Shown one piece after another: positions 13,030 to 27,136 of a DNA stretch of 64,000 nucleotides (positions within the stretch are counted from its first letter, which is position 1; every line of letters starts with the position of its first letter). The position numbers were made by a program, and so were the translations under genes. The notes beneath the pieces were generated by a model, which saw only the letters and a list, made by a program, of their open reading frames with translations, was not told where the DNA came from and did not search any database. The DNA is from Mobula hypostoma (taxonomy: Eukaryota): contig NC_086097.1 of assembly GCF_963921235.1 (NCBI RefSeq), forward strand, positions 148,864,001 to 148,928,000. Direction: 5' to 3'.

Positions 13030-15475
13030 GTAACAGGGTTGTCGTGGTGGGAGATTTTAATTTCCCAAATATCGATTGGCACCTCCCTACAGCAAGGGGT
13101 TTAGATGGGGTAGAGTTTGTTAGGTGTATTCAGGAAGGTTTCTTGACACAATATGTACATAAGCCTCGAAAAGGAGAGGCTGTACTTGATCTGGTATTGG
13201 GAAATGAACCTGGTCAGGTGACAGATCTCTTAGTGGGAGAGCATTTTGGAAATAATGGTCACAATTCTATTTCCTTTACCATAACGTTGAAGAGGGATAG
13301 GAACAGACAAGTTAGGAAAGCATTTAAATGGAGTATGGGGAATTGAGGCTATTAGGCAGGAAATTGGAAGCTTCAATTAGGAACAGATTTTCTCAGGGAA
13401 AAGAACAGCAGAAATGTGGGAGATGTTCAGGGGATATTTGCGTAGAGTTCTGCATAGGTACGTTCCAATGAGACGGAAGTTTTGGTAGGGTACGGGAAAT
13501 GTGATATACAAACGTACAAAGGCTGTTGTAAATCTAGTCACGAAGAAAAGAAAAGCTTACGAAAGATTCAGAGAGCTCGGCAATGTTAGAGATCTAGAAG
13601 ATTATAAGGCTAACAGGAAGGAGCTTAAGAAGGAAATTAGGAGAGCCAGAAGGGGCCATGAGAAGGCCTTGGCGGGCAGAATTAAGGAAACCCAAGGTAT
13701 TCTACAATTATGTGAAGAGCAAGAGGATAAGACGTGAAAGAATAGGACCTATCAAGTGTGACAGTGGGAAAGTGTTTATGGAACTGGAGGAAATAGCAGA
13801 GGTACTTAATGAATACTTCATTATTTACTGTGAAAAAGGATTTTGATGATTGTAGTGATGACTTGCAACGGACTGAAAAGCTTGAGCATGTAGTTATTAA
13901 GAAAGAGGATGTGCTGGAGCTTTTGGAAAGCATCAGGTCGGATAAGTCGCCAGGACCGGATGGGATGTACCCCAGGCTACTGTGGGAGGCGAGGGAGGAG
14001 ATTGCTGAGCCTCTGGTGATGATCTTTGCATCATCAAAGGGGATGGGAGAGGTTCCGGAGAATTGGAGGGTTGCAGATTTTGTTTCTTTATTCAAGAAAG
14101 GGAGTACAGATAGCGTAGGAAATTATAGTCTTAATTCAGTGGTTGGTAAGTTGATGGGGAAGATCCTGAGAGGCAGGTTTTATGAACATTTGGAGAGGCA
14201 TAATATGGTTAGGAATAGTCAGCATGGCTTTTTCAAGGGCAGGTTGTGCCTTACAAGCCTGATTGAATTTTTTGAGGATGTGACTAAACACATTGATGAA
14301 GGAAGAGCAGTAGATGTAGTGTATATGGATTTCAGCAAGGCATTTGATAAGGTACCCCAGACAAGATTTACTGAGAAAGTAAGGAGGCATGGGATCCAAG
14401 GGGACATGGTGGATCCAGAACTGGCTTGCCCACAGAAGGCAAAGAGTGGTTGTAGATGGGTCATATTCTGGATGGAGGTCGGTGACCAGTGGTGTGCCTC
14501 AGGGATCTGTTCTGGGACGCTTACTCTTTGTGATTTTTATAAATGACCAGGATGAGGAAGTGGAGGAATAGGTTAGTAAGTTTGCTAATGACACAAAGGT
14601 TGGAGCTGTTGTGGATAGTGTGGAGGGCTGTCAGAAGTTACAGTGGGACATTGATAGAATGCAAAACTGGCCTGAGAAGTGGCAGATGGAGTTCAACCCA
14701 GATAAGTGTGAGGTGGTTCATTTTGGTAGGTCAAATATGTTGGCAGAATTTAGTGTTAATGGTAAGACTTTTGGCAGTGTGCAGGATCAAAGAGATCTTG
14801 GGGTCCAAGTCTATAGGACACTCAAAGCAACTGCGCAGAATGACTCTGTGGTTAAGAAGGCATACGGTGTATTGGTGTATTGGCCTTCATTAATTGTAGA
14901 ATTGAATTTAGGAGCCGAGAGGTAATGTTGCAGCTGTATAGGACCTTGGTCAGATCCCACTTGGAGTACTGTACTGAGTCCTGGTTGCCTCACTACAGGA
15001 AAGACGTGAAAGCCATAGAAAGGGTGCAGAGGAAATTTACAGGATGTTGCCTGGATTGGGGAGCATGCTTTTTCTTGGTGAACTCGACCTTTTCTCCTTG
15101 GAGTGATGGAGGATGAGAGATGACCTGATAGAGATGTATAAGATGATGAGAGGCATTGATTGTGTGGATAGTGAGAGGCTTTTTCCCCAGGGCTGAAATG
15201 GTTGCCACTAGAGGACACAGGTTTAAGGTGCTAGGGAGTAGGTACAGAGAAGATGTCAGGGGGTAAGGTTTTTACACAGAGAGTGGTGAGTGCGTAGAAT
15301 GGGCTGCGGGCGACGATGGTGGATGCAGATACAATAGGGTCTTTTAAGATAGGTACATATGGAGCTTAGAAAAATAGAGGGCTATGGGTAAGCCTAGTAA
15401 CTTCTGAGGGAGGGACATGTTTGCCACAACTTTGTGGGCTGGAGGGTCTGTATTGTGCTGTATGTTTTCTATGTT
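13030..15475 (+). mobile_element. 5'-truncated CR1 LINE
   Basis: [39 protein letters not shown]. Tail ending ttctatgtttc. Confidence 0.92.
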
Positions 15476-16355
15476 TCTTTGTCAGTATTTGGAAGAGTTG
15501 CAGGATTAATAAATAGAATCCGACCAACTTAATATATCCAGCAATATGATTATCATTTTGAAATTATTACACAGGAAAGATGAAGTTAAGACACCTATTT
15601 TGCTTATATGAACAATGTACTGAGAGGGAAGGAACAGATATTACTTAGTGAGAAATTCCATGATATTTGCATAACTTGTGATCAAAAACTAATTCCTCCA
15701 GCATTAACTTTTTAAGACAGAGATGCTGCATATCCTGAGATCTTAACCAGGTGAAATTTTGGGCATGTCCAAGCAGTTGTCGTCCTTGAATCTTCTCAGT
15801 TAAAAAGTTCGTGTGCTACTGAGCATTCAACGTCCTGGTCATAGTATTTAAAAATATTGCTTGTTGAGTTGGAACAGATAAGAAGGTAACCTATTGTCAG
15901 CCTATGTTTAGTGATGAGGATTTAATGTTAAGTTTTATTTTGGAATTTACTCTTAAGCCTTTAATTCAGGGATTCACAACCTTTATACCTTGGATCCCTA
16001 CTATTAACAGAGGGATCTGTGAGCCTCAAGTTGGGAGCCCTTGTTTAAGTTAAAATATTACTGTGGTCCAGTTGTAAGGTATTGTTCACCAGAATATTAC
16101 TTCAAAATGAATATGAATAACTAGAAATGAAAACTATCTAAATTAATTGTCTGCTCAGTAGCATGAGAGGTTAGTGTGTTATCAAGCAGCTGGTTATCCC
16201 AACTGAATAGGATAAGTTTGGCACAATCTTTACTACTTTAGCAACCAAGAAATAGACACTATATAAAGAAAACATTAAAATAGACAGAATTAACTTTGTT
16301 TCCAAACAAATCTTGCTGCTCATTGTATTAATATCCTGTTTAAATTTCAAAACAG

Positions 16356-16516
16356 ATGTCATACAAGGCATATGGAAAAAGACCTGTAAAGCAAACGAAG
16401 AATGTGAAGAACAACATCATGTCGAAAGAGAAGAAGGAACTGAAGAAGGATGGAAAAAACAAGAAACAATTAAAAGAGAAGGAAGAGAAAAAGAAAGATA
16501 CAGAGAAGTGGAAATG
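16356..16516 (+). CDS. Topoisomerase I gene, Lys-rich N-terminal exon (MSYKAYGKRPVKQTKNVKNNIMSKEKKELKKDGKNKKQLKEKEEKKKDTEKWK-W)
   Basis: aacAG acceptor and TG|GTGAGA donor. 161 bp. Ends in KWK+TG, which with the G at 38759 gives the KWKWWEEE motif of nuclear TOP1. Confidence 0.85.
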
Positions 16517-16894
16517 GTGAGATTGAAGTTTAGGATTATCATTATACAACAGTACACAGGTACTGTGTGCTTAGCGTTTGGAATACATTCCTAGTAATAA
16601 GTGCAATAATGGAGACTGACAGTAATTATGTGCCAGCAGCTTAATATAAGCACCTGACCTCCCTGTTTCTGTGCATGAAATCCCTGCTGTCTTTGAGCAC
16701 TCCACAGCAATGAACTGCATGTGGCAAACTAATTTTTAAGGCTGCTGTTGGATATGCTGAGGAGCAGTGATGTTTTGGGGGCTGTCTTTTTGGCTGCATT
16801 ATTGACAAGCATCTGAATCCTACATTTTCTTTTGTCACCTCCTTTTGGAATTGATGTGCAGACAAGCAGTAATGATTCAAGATGTATTTAATAT

Positions 16895-19800
16895 ATGGTA
16901 CTCAAGGTGTTGTATCTAAATGTGCGTAGTATAAGAAATAAGGTGGATGATCTTGTTGCAATATTACAGATTGCCAGGTATGATGTTGTGGCCATCGCTA
17001 GATCGTGGCTGAAGGATGGTTGTAGTTGGGAGCTGAATATCCAAGGTTACACATTATATCGGAGGGATAGGAAGGTAGGCAGAGGGGATGGTGTGGCTCT
17101 ACTGGTAAAGAATGGCATCAAACCAGTAGAAAGATGTGACATAGGATCAGAAGATCTTGAATCTTTGCGGGTTGAGTTAAGAAATTGCAAAGGTAAAAGG
17201 TCTCTGGCAATTATATACAGGCCTCCCAACAGTGTCTGGGATGTGGACCACAGATTACAACAGGAAATAGAAAAGGCGAGTCAAAAGGGCATGTTATGGT
17301 AGTCATGGGACATTTTCACATGCAGGTCAATTGGGAAAATCAGGTTGGTAATGGATCTCGAGAGAGTGAGTTTGTTGAATGCCCAAGAGATAGCTTTTTA
17401 GAGCAGTTTGTCATTGAGCCTATTAGGGGATCAGCTATACTGGATTGGGTGTTATGTATGAACCAGAGATGATTAGGGAGCTTAAGGTAAAATAACCCTC
17501 AGGAACCAGTGATTAGAATATGATTGTGTTGTCCAACTTGAAATTAGATAGGGAGAAAGTAAAGTCTGATGCAGCAGTGTTTCAGTGGAGTAAGGGAAAT
17601 TACAGTGGTATGAGAAAGGAGTTGGCCAAAGGAAACTGGAAGGAGCTGCTGGCAGGGATGACAGTAGAGCAGCAATGGCGTGCATTTCTTTTTTTTTTTA
17701 ATTTTATTTTTATTTGGATAAGGAGTTCACAATTATCATGTACTTTTTTCACACATATAACCTTTTCCATTTTTTTATATGTATAAAACTACAATTATTT
17801 ATACATTCTTAAGTACACATTGAGATGATATAAAAGGAAAATAAACATTTAAATAGATAATTATGTACTTTGGTAAATCTAACCTATTAGGCTAAGTAAT
17901 GAAATTAGTTGTTAAGAAAAATGGTAATAATAGTTTCCATACAACCCTTCTGGACCATTTCCACTGGTCCAAAATGTTGCATACAAGCCTATATACCAAC
18001 CATTGTAGGTGTTTATATCCCAATTTGTTCGTGCTTGTTCCTGCCCGCAGACATAATTATCTAATCCCTATGTACTTACTTAGTTAATTTTTTCATTTTT
18101 TTTTTATCCCTTTCCCAAATCTTTCCCTTTACTTGTGTTAATTCTCTATTTTCCAAAAAAAAACAACAACAAACATTTAGACTAGGGGTGCTTACGTTAG
18201 CAATATTACTGTGTTGATGAGAAGAGCAATATAAATCATTAGGAGAGTCATCTAAAGTCTGCTCGCATTGGGGTTATATATTCAATCCATTTATTCCAGA
18301 TTTGATAAAATGTTTCTTTTTGAGTTCTCAGGGAGTAGGTCAACTTTTCCATTTTAAATATTTCCAAGATAATTTCGTACCGATCTTCTAATGTAGGTGG
18401 TATTGGATTTAGCCATTTTCTAGTGATTGATTTCTTACTTGCCGCTAAGAGGGCCTGCAGCAACTTTATATCTTCCTTCTGTTCAAGGAACAATACATGC
18501 CCCAAATAGAGCGTCTCAAAGTTCAGAGGTATCTGGGACCTAAGTACCTTAACTAATGTTCTATGAATACCTTCCCAAAATAGACTTAATTTAGGGCAAT
18601 CGCAGAAAATATGAAAATGATTTGCCTCCTTGGAGCCGCACCTTCTCCAACACATCACATTTGTATCTTTATATTTTTCCTGATATGGGGTCTTGAAGTA
18701 TCTTATAATGTTTTTCCAACAATGTTCTCTCCAAGTCAAAGAATTAGTCGAGGACCATTGAAAGCTGCAGATTTTCCCCCAAGCCTCCTCTGAAAGTACC
18801 AACCCCGCTTCTTTCTCCCACTTCTCTTTAATATACAGTGTATTTACATTTTTAGCATGGGAGAGTGCATTATATAGGCGAGAAACTGATTTACTAGGTA
18901 TTGAACTGCAAGCCGAATTCAGAATCTTGAAAACTTCTAATTCTACTGTTGATAGGTCTGTATATCTACAACTCTGGTTAACATAGTTCCGTATTTGAAG
19001 GTACCTAAAAAAGTCATTATGTTCTAGGCCATGTTTGTCCTGCAGGATTTGGAAACTTTGTAATACTCTTTTATCTATAAATGAGAGGTAGGTTGTAAGA
19101 CCTTTCTTTATCCATAGCTCAAATCTTTTATCTCCTCTGTTGGGAAGGAATTCGGTATCATATGCACACCATCTAAAGAGTTTTAACATGTTATTAATTC
19201 CACATGAATTAACCACCTTCTGCCATACTTTTAATGTAAGATTTATCCAAGCATTATTAAATTTTTCCAACTGTGCCATCAATCCTTTGTCAGCTATTGA
19301 GGCCTGAAGAGGAAAACTGTCAACTAATCCAAATTCTATTTCCTTCCATCTAGCCTTATATTCCCTATTACACCAATATAACAGAGGGGTTATCTGTGAG
19401 GCATAAAAATAATTTCTCAGGCAAGGAAGAACCATACCTCCTCTTTCCTTCCCTAACTGTAAAGTGTTATATCGAATTCTAGGTTTCCTTCCTTAATGGC
19501 GTGCATTTCTGAGAAAAATGAGGAAGGTGCAGGACATGTGTTCCAAAAATGAAGAAATACTAAAATGATAAAATAGTACAACTGTGGCTGACAAGGGAAG
19601 TCAAAGCTATTGTAAAAGCAAAAGAAAAGGCATACAACAAAGCAAAAATTAGTGGGAAGATGGAGGATTCAGAAGTTTTTAAAAACCTAGAGAGAGCAAC
19701 TAAAATAATCATTAGAAGGGAAAAGATGAAATATGAAAGCAAGCTAGATATCAATGTGGATAGTAGAAGTTTTTTCCAAGTGTGTTTAAAAATAAGAGAA

Positions 19801-21468
19801 ATGAGAGTGGATATAGGACCACTAGAAAATGAGGCAGGAAAAATAATAATGGGGGCAAGGAGAGGGCCAATGAACTAAATGAGTATTTTGTGTCAGTTTT
19901 CACTGTGGAAGACACTAGCAGTATGCCTGATACTGTAGTGTGAGAAGGAAGAGAAGTGGGTACTGTTACTGTTACAAGAGAGAAGGTGCTTAAAAAGCTG
20001 AAAGACCTAAAAGTACATAAGTTACCCAGACCAGAGGAGCTGCACTGTAGGGTTCTGAAAGAGATGACGTTAGAGATTGTGGTGGCATAAGAAATGTTCT
20101 TTCAGAAATCATTGGACTCTGGCAGAGGACTGGGAATTTGCAAATGTTACTCCACTCGAAGAAAGGAGGAAAGCAGCAGAAAGGGGATTGTAGACCAGTT
20201 AGCCTGACCTCAGTGGTTGAGAAAATGTTAGAGTTAATTGTTAAGAATGAGGTGATAGAGTACTTGGTGACACAGGACAAGATAGTACAAAGTCAGCATG
20301 GTTTCCTTCAGGGAACATCCTGCCTGATGAACCTGTTAGAATTCTTTGAGGAAATTACAAGTAGGATAGATAAAGGAGATGCAATGGATTTTGGACTTTC
20401 AGATGGCCTTTGACAAGGTGCCTCACGTGAAGCTGCTTACCAAGTTAACAACCTATGGTATTACAGGAAGGTTACTAACGTGGTTAGTGCATTGGCTGAT
20501 TGGTAGGAGGAAGTGAGTGGGAGTAAAAGGATCCTTTTCTGGTTGGCTGCCAATAACTAGTGGTGTTCCACAGGGGAATAGATGGCTTTGCTGCCAATCT
20601 TGCAGATGATACCAAGATTGGTGGAGGGGCAGGTAGTGTTGAGGAAACAGGTAGGATGCAGAAGGACTTAGACAGATTAGGAGAATGGGCAAGGAAGAGG
20701 CAAATGAAATATAATGTTGGAAAATGCGTAGTCACTTTGGTGCTAGAAATAAATATGCAGATTATTTTCTAAACGGGGAGAAATTCCAGGAACCTGAGAT
20801 GCAGAGGGACTTGGGAGTCCTTGTGCAGAACACCCTAAAGGTTAACTTGCAGGTTGAGTTGGTGGTAAGGAAGGCAAATGCCATGTTAGCATTCATTTCG
20901 AGAGGTCTAGAGTGCAAGAGCAAGGATGTGATGCTGAGGCTTTATAAGGCTCTGGTGAGGCCTCACCTTGAGTATTGTGAACAGTTTTGGACTCCTCATC
21001 TCAGAAAAGATGTACTGGCTTTGGAGAGGGTCCAGAGGAGGTTCACAAGGGTGATTGCAGGAGTGAAAGGGTTATCATACAAGTAACGTTTGATGACTTT
21101 CGGTCTGTACTCGCTAGAATTCAGAAGGATTGGGGGTGGGTGGGTACCTCATTGAAACCTTTTGCATGTTGAAAGGCCTTGACAAAATCGATGTGGATAG
21201 GATGTTTCCCATGGTGGAAAAGTCTAGAACAAGAGGGTGGAGAAATTTCTTCAGCCAAAAGTGGCGAATACATGGAATTAGTTGCACTTGCGGCTGTGGA
21301 GGCCAGGTCACTGGGTGTATTTAAGGCAGAGATTGATAGGTTCTTGATTGGACATGGCATCAAAGGTTACGGAAAGAAGGCTGGTAACTGGGGTTGAGGA
21401 GCCATGATTGAATGGCGGAGTAGACTCGATGGCCTAATCTGCTCCTATGTCATAGGACTTATGGTCTA
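16895..21468 (+). mobile_element. CR1 LINE ORF2, interrupted by an L1 3' fragment
   Basis: YLNVRSIRNK at the start; RT fragments at 20138-21400. Clearly similar to the 4565-8630 copy. Confidence 0.9.
17690..19494 (-). mobile_element. 5'-truncated young L1-clade LINE with 16-bp TSD
   Basis: Open 395-aa ORF2 C-terminus (CWRRCG..ANHFHIFCDC). Poly-T at 17690. TSD AATGGCGTGCATTTCT at 17674-17689 and 19495-19510. Confidence 0.95.
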
Positions 21469-22399
21469 ATATCAAAGAATGTATAAATTGTATACCCTTG
21501 AAATTCACTTTTCATGGGTAGCCACAAAGCAAGAAACCTGAAAGAACCCAACTAAAGAAAAAATTAATAAAGTAAAAATAAAAGACCAACATTCAATGCG
21601 CAAGAGAAAGGAAAAAAAATTAAAATTGTGCAAAGAATTGAAGCAAATAACAGCATTCCAAACCAAAATTGAGTCCTCAGATCTGAACCCCAGAGCAGCC
21701 TGGAGTAGGCCTAAAGCCTCGTCTATCAGTTCATCATGTTAGCAGGCATGGAGCACAACAGCCAGGGCAGTCTTCATAGCCTCAGTGCCATGAAGATGAC
21801 CATCATGAAGAATGAGTCAAATCCTAACCACCACCCTGTCTTTTCCGTCTATCTGAGATGGCATTTAAATTAATCTAACAATGGAATGATATGGCAGTTT
21901 CCAACTTGTAATCAGAAGATAAGGAGAGATTTTAAGATTTGGGTGACCTGTCAATGTGTGAATTGGGTACTACCATTTCCAGAAATGGCTTATATTCCCA
22001 TGGGGACAATGACATAGCCCCAATGACATCGCTCTTCACGCCATGCCCAATGTCAGCCTTTGCAGGCAGCATCTCCATGAGTGATTCCATTATTGTAAAA
22101 GTGCCAGCAAAGGACAGGGGATCTCACTAGTTTCTCCACATACAATTGCAACACATACAAATGTTTCTTAAATTGCAAGAGCGCAAGTATTTGTGAATGA
22201 TTGAAGTAGAGGATCAATACCATCATAATAAATTGTCATTCTGGGTCCCATTGTAGCATTTTAATTTGCACAAAGGCTGCCTATTTTTAATAGGCATGAT
22301 GGCACCAGTAAACCAGGGTGATGTTCTGAGCCCACTTACAATGCTTCTAAATATACCTCTTTTGAATTACTTTCACTGCAATGTGCATTACACATTGAA

Positions 22400-25300
22400 A
22401 CATAGAAAACCTACAGCACAATACAGGCCCTTCAGCCCTCAATGCTGTGCTGAACATGTATTAACTTCAGAAATTACCTAGAGTTACCCAGAGCTCTCTA
22501 TTTTACTAAGGTCCATGTACCTATCCAGGAGGCTCTTAAAAGACCCTATTGTATCTGCCTCCACAACAGTTGCCGGCAGCCCATTCCACGCACTCACTGC
22601 TCTTTGCATGGGGGGAGAAAACTTACCCCTGACATCCCCTCTGTACCTGCTTTCAATCACCTTAAAACTGTGCCCTCTTGTGTTAGCCATTTCGGCCCTG
22701 GGGAAAAAGCCTCTGACTATCCACACAATCAATGCCTCTCATCATCTTGTACACCTCTATCAGGTCACCTCTCATCCTCTGTTGCTCCAAGGAGAAAAAG
22801 CCAAGTTCACTCAGCCTGTTCTCATAAGGCATGCTCCCCAATCCAGGCAACATCCTTGTAAATCTCCTGTGCACCCTTTCGAAAGTTTCCACATCCTTCC
22901 TGTAGTGAGGTGACCAAAACTGAGCACAGTACTCCAAGCAGGGTCTGACCAGGGTCCTATATAGTTGCAAAATTACCTCTCCTCTTTTGAACTCAATCCC
23001 ACGGTTGATGAAGGCTAATGCACCGTATGCCTTTATAACCTTTTAGTAGATCTGCACAGCAGCTTTGAGTGTCCTAATGACATGGACCCTAAGATCCCTC
23101 TGATCCTTCACACTGCCAAGAGTCTTACCATTGATACCATATTCTGCCATGATATGTGACCTACCAAAATGAACTACCTCACACTTATCTGGGTTGAACT
23201 CCATCTGTCACTTCTCAGCCCAGTTTGCATCCAATCAATGTCCTATTGTAACCTCTGACAGCCCTCCACACTATCCACAACACCCCCAACTTCTGTGTCA
23301 TCTGCAGATTTAGTAACCCATCCCTCAACTTCCTTATCCAGATCATTTATAAAAATCATGAAGAGAAGAGGGTCCCAGAATAGATCCTTGAGGCACACCA
23401 CTGGTCACCAACCTCCTTGCAGAATATGACCTTTCTACAACCACGCTTTGCCTTCTGTGGGCAAGCCAATTCCAGATCCACAAAGCAACGTCCCCTTGGA
23501 TCCCATGTCTCCTTACTTTCTCACTAAGCCTTGCATCAGGTACCTTATCAAATGCCTTGCTGAAATCCTTATACGCTTCATCTACTGCTCTACCTTCATC
23601 AATGTGTTTAGTCACAGCCTCAAAAAATTCAATCTGGCTCATAAGGCGCGACCTGCCTTTGACAAAGCCATGCTGACTATTCCTAATCATATTATACCTC
23701 TCAGGATCTTCTCCACCATCTTACCAACCACTGAAGTAAGACTCACTGGTCTATAATTTCCTGGGCTATCTCTACTCCCTGTTTTGAATAAAGGAACAAT
23801 ATCTGCAACCCTCCAATCCTCCGGAACCTCTCCCGTCCCCATTGATAATGCAAAGATCATCACCAGAGGCTCAGCAATCTCCTCCCTCGCCTCCCACAGT
23901 AGCCTGCGGTATATCACGTCTGGTCCCGGCGATTTATCCAACTTGATGCTTTCCAATTTCAGCCCTTTCTGTAGTGAATACTGAAGCAAAGTATTCATTA
24001 AATACCTCCGCCATCTCCTCTGGTTCCACTACACATTTTTCCACTCTTCACATACTTGTAGAATGCCTTGGGGTTTTCCTTAATTCTGTCCGCCAAGGCC
24101 TTCTCATGGCCCCTCTGGCTCTCCAAATTTCATTCTTAAGCTCCTTCCTGCTAGCCTTATAATTTTCTAGATCTCTATCATTACTTAGCTTACGAAAGTT
24201 TCAAAAAACTTTTATTTTCTTCTTGACTAAATTTTCAACAGCCTTTGTACACCATGGTTCCTGTACCCTACCATCCTTTCCCTGTCTTGTTGGAATTTAC
24301 CTCTGCAGACCACCACGCAAACATTCCCTGTACATTTACCACATTTCTGCTGTACATTTCCCTGAGAACATCTGTTCCCACTTTATCCTTCCAAGTTCCT
24401 GCCTGATAGCTTCTTATTTCCCATTACTCCAATTGAACGCTTTCCTAACTTGTCTGTTCCTATCCCTCCAATGCTATGGTAAAGGAGATGGTGATCACAA
24501 TTCAATCTCCAAAATGCTGTCCCACTGAGAGACCTGACACTTGACCAGGTTCATTTCCAAATACCAAATCAAGTACAGCCTTTCCTCTTGTAGGCTTATC
24601 TACATAGTGTGTCAGTAAACCTCCACCCCATCTGAACCCCTTGCTCTAGGGAGATGCCAATTAATATTTGGGAAATTAAAATCTCCCACCACAACAACCC
24701 TGTCATTATTATTCCTTTCCAGAATCTGTCTCCCTATCTGCTCCTCGATGTCCCTGTTACTATTGGGTGGTCGATACTTAAAAATAAACACCCAGTAGAA
24801 TTATTGACCCCTTCCTATTCCACCCACAGAGACTCAGTAGACAATCCCTCCATGACTTCCTCCTTTTCTGCAGCAGTGACACTATCTCTGATCAGCATTG
24901 CCTTGCCCCTAACTCTTTTGCCTCCCTCCCTGTCCTTCCTGAGACATCTAAAGCCTGGCACTCGAAGTAGCCATTCCTGCCCCTGAGCCATCCAAGTCTC
25001 TCTAATGGCCACAACATCATAGCTCCAAGTACCGATCCACGCTCTTAAGCTCATCTGCTTTGTTCATGATACTGCTTGCATTAAAATAGATACATCTCAA
25101 ACCACTGGTCTGAACACGTCCCTTCTCTATCACCTGCCTATCCTCCCTCTCGCTTTCTCCAAGCTTTCTCAATTTGTGAGCCAACTGCCCCTTTCCCTGT
25201 CTCTTCAGTATGGTTCCCACCCCCTCAGCAATTCTAGTTTAAACTCTTCCCCAATAGCCTTGGCAAACCTCCCTGCCAGGATATTGGTCCCCCTCGGATT

Positions 25301-26420
25301 AAAGTTCAACCCGTCCTTTTTGTACAGGTCGCACCTGCCCCAAAAGAGGTCCCAATGATCCAAAAATCTGAATCCCTGCCCCCTGCTCCAATCCCTCAGC
25401 CACACATTTGTCTTCCAGCTCACTCTATTCCTATACTTTCGCATGGCACAGGCAGTAATCCCGAGATTACTACCTTTGAGGTCCTGCTTCTGAATTTCCT
25501 TCCTAACTCCCTGTAGTCTGTTTTCAGGACCCCCTCCCTTTTCCTGCCTATGTCATTGGTACCAATATGTACCACGACCTCTGGCTGTTCTCCTTTCCAC
25601 TTCAAGATATCATGGACGCGATCAGAAACAGCCAGACCCTGGCACCTGGGAGGCAAGCTACCATCAGTGTTTCTTTCCTGCGTCCACAGAATCGCCTGTC
25701 TGAACCCCTAACTATAGAGTCCCCTATCACTGCTGCCATCCTCTTTTATTTCCCTACCCTTCTGAGCCACAGGGTCGGACTCTGTGCCAGAGACGTGGCC
25801 ACTGTGGTTCCCCCAGGTAGGTCGTTTCCACCACCACCTCCCCCAACAGTACTCAAACAGGAGTACTTATTGTTAAGTGGGTCAGCCACAGGGGTACTCT
25901 CTAGTATCTTCCCTCTCTTGACAGTTACCCACTTATTTCTCTCCTGAGGCCCCGATGTGACCACTTGCCTGTAGTTCCTCTCTATCACTACCTCACTTTC
26001 CCTGACTAGTCGAAGGTCATCGAGCTGCATCTCCGGTTCCCTAACAGGGTCCCTAAGGAGCTGCAGCTTGACACACCTGGTGTAGATGTGGCCATCCAGG
26101 AGGCTGGGAGTCTCCCAGACATCCCACATATGACACCTGGTATAGAACACCGGCTTCACAGACATGCTTCCTATTCCTTTTCTTCACAAGTAACTTGCCT
26201 CGCATCGACCCGTTATCATCGAAGCCACATTAAGCCAAAGCCCTCCTACTCTGACTCCCTCTACTCCAACGCTCGTTCTATAATGTTGTCATCTTTTTAT
26301 ATTCTTCCCACCAGTCTAACTCACTGACATCCACTCGCCTGAGCAGTTGTGCCTCAATCAAACCGCTGAAGAAAAAATGATCTCCTTTTAAATTCTTCCC
26401 ACCAGTGTAACTCGCTGACT
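22400..26420 (-). mobile_element. Near full-length degenerate CR1 LINE with small internal deletions
   Basis: ORF1 N-terminus (25746..26165), esterase HIGTNDI, and APE and RT fragments. Confidence 0.9.
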
Positions 26421-27136
26421 TGTAAACTACAGATTTCATAATTTTCTATCGAATCCAATGGACTTGACACTCAAGCAAACAAGTACACAACTTTTAAGTG
26501 GACGAAGGTTCATCGCCACGGTCAGAAGCAAGGCAGGAGGGGGTCTGCAAGCCAGGAAACAGGAATGAGACCCCCTCTACCCAACACCTTGTTAGCAAAT
26601 GAGCATTTGTTGGAGAAGAAAGCTGAGGACTTGAGGGCAAGATTGCTTTATTCCAGGGAATGATGGATTGTTGTGTTCTATGTTTAATGGAAACGTGGCT
26701 TATTCCCAGCATGCCAGATATAGTGATCAGACCTGAAGGCTTCTTGATTCGCAGGCTGGACCGAACTGCTGATTCGGAGAAGGTAAAAGGTGGAGGTGTG
26801 TGTTTCAAGATAAATTCTCGGTGGTGCTTCAATGCGACAATTTTGTCAAAATCATGTTCTCCTGACCTTGAACACCTAATGATCAGATGCAGTCAGTTTT
26901 GTTTACCAAGGGAATTCACATCAGTGATCCCCACTGGTGTTTGCGTACCGTGAGCAGTCAACTGTAATCAAGCGCTTAAGGTACTGCATGATGCAGTCTC
27001 CAAACAAGAAACTGTCCATCCCGACGCATTTCAAATCAGTTGAGGTCTTCAACCAGGCTTATTTGAAGAAATACCTGCCCAGTTACCATCAATGTATAAT
27101 CTGTAATACCAGAGATCACACCACACTAGACCACTG

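Noticed and set aside
16313..16594. ORF-track 93-aa peptide over the purine-rich stretch
   Set aside because: Wrong frame. The splice-compatible frame begins at 16356 and ends in KWKW.
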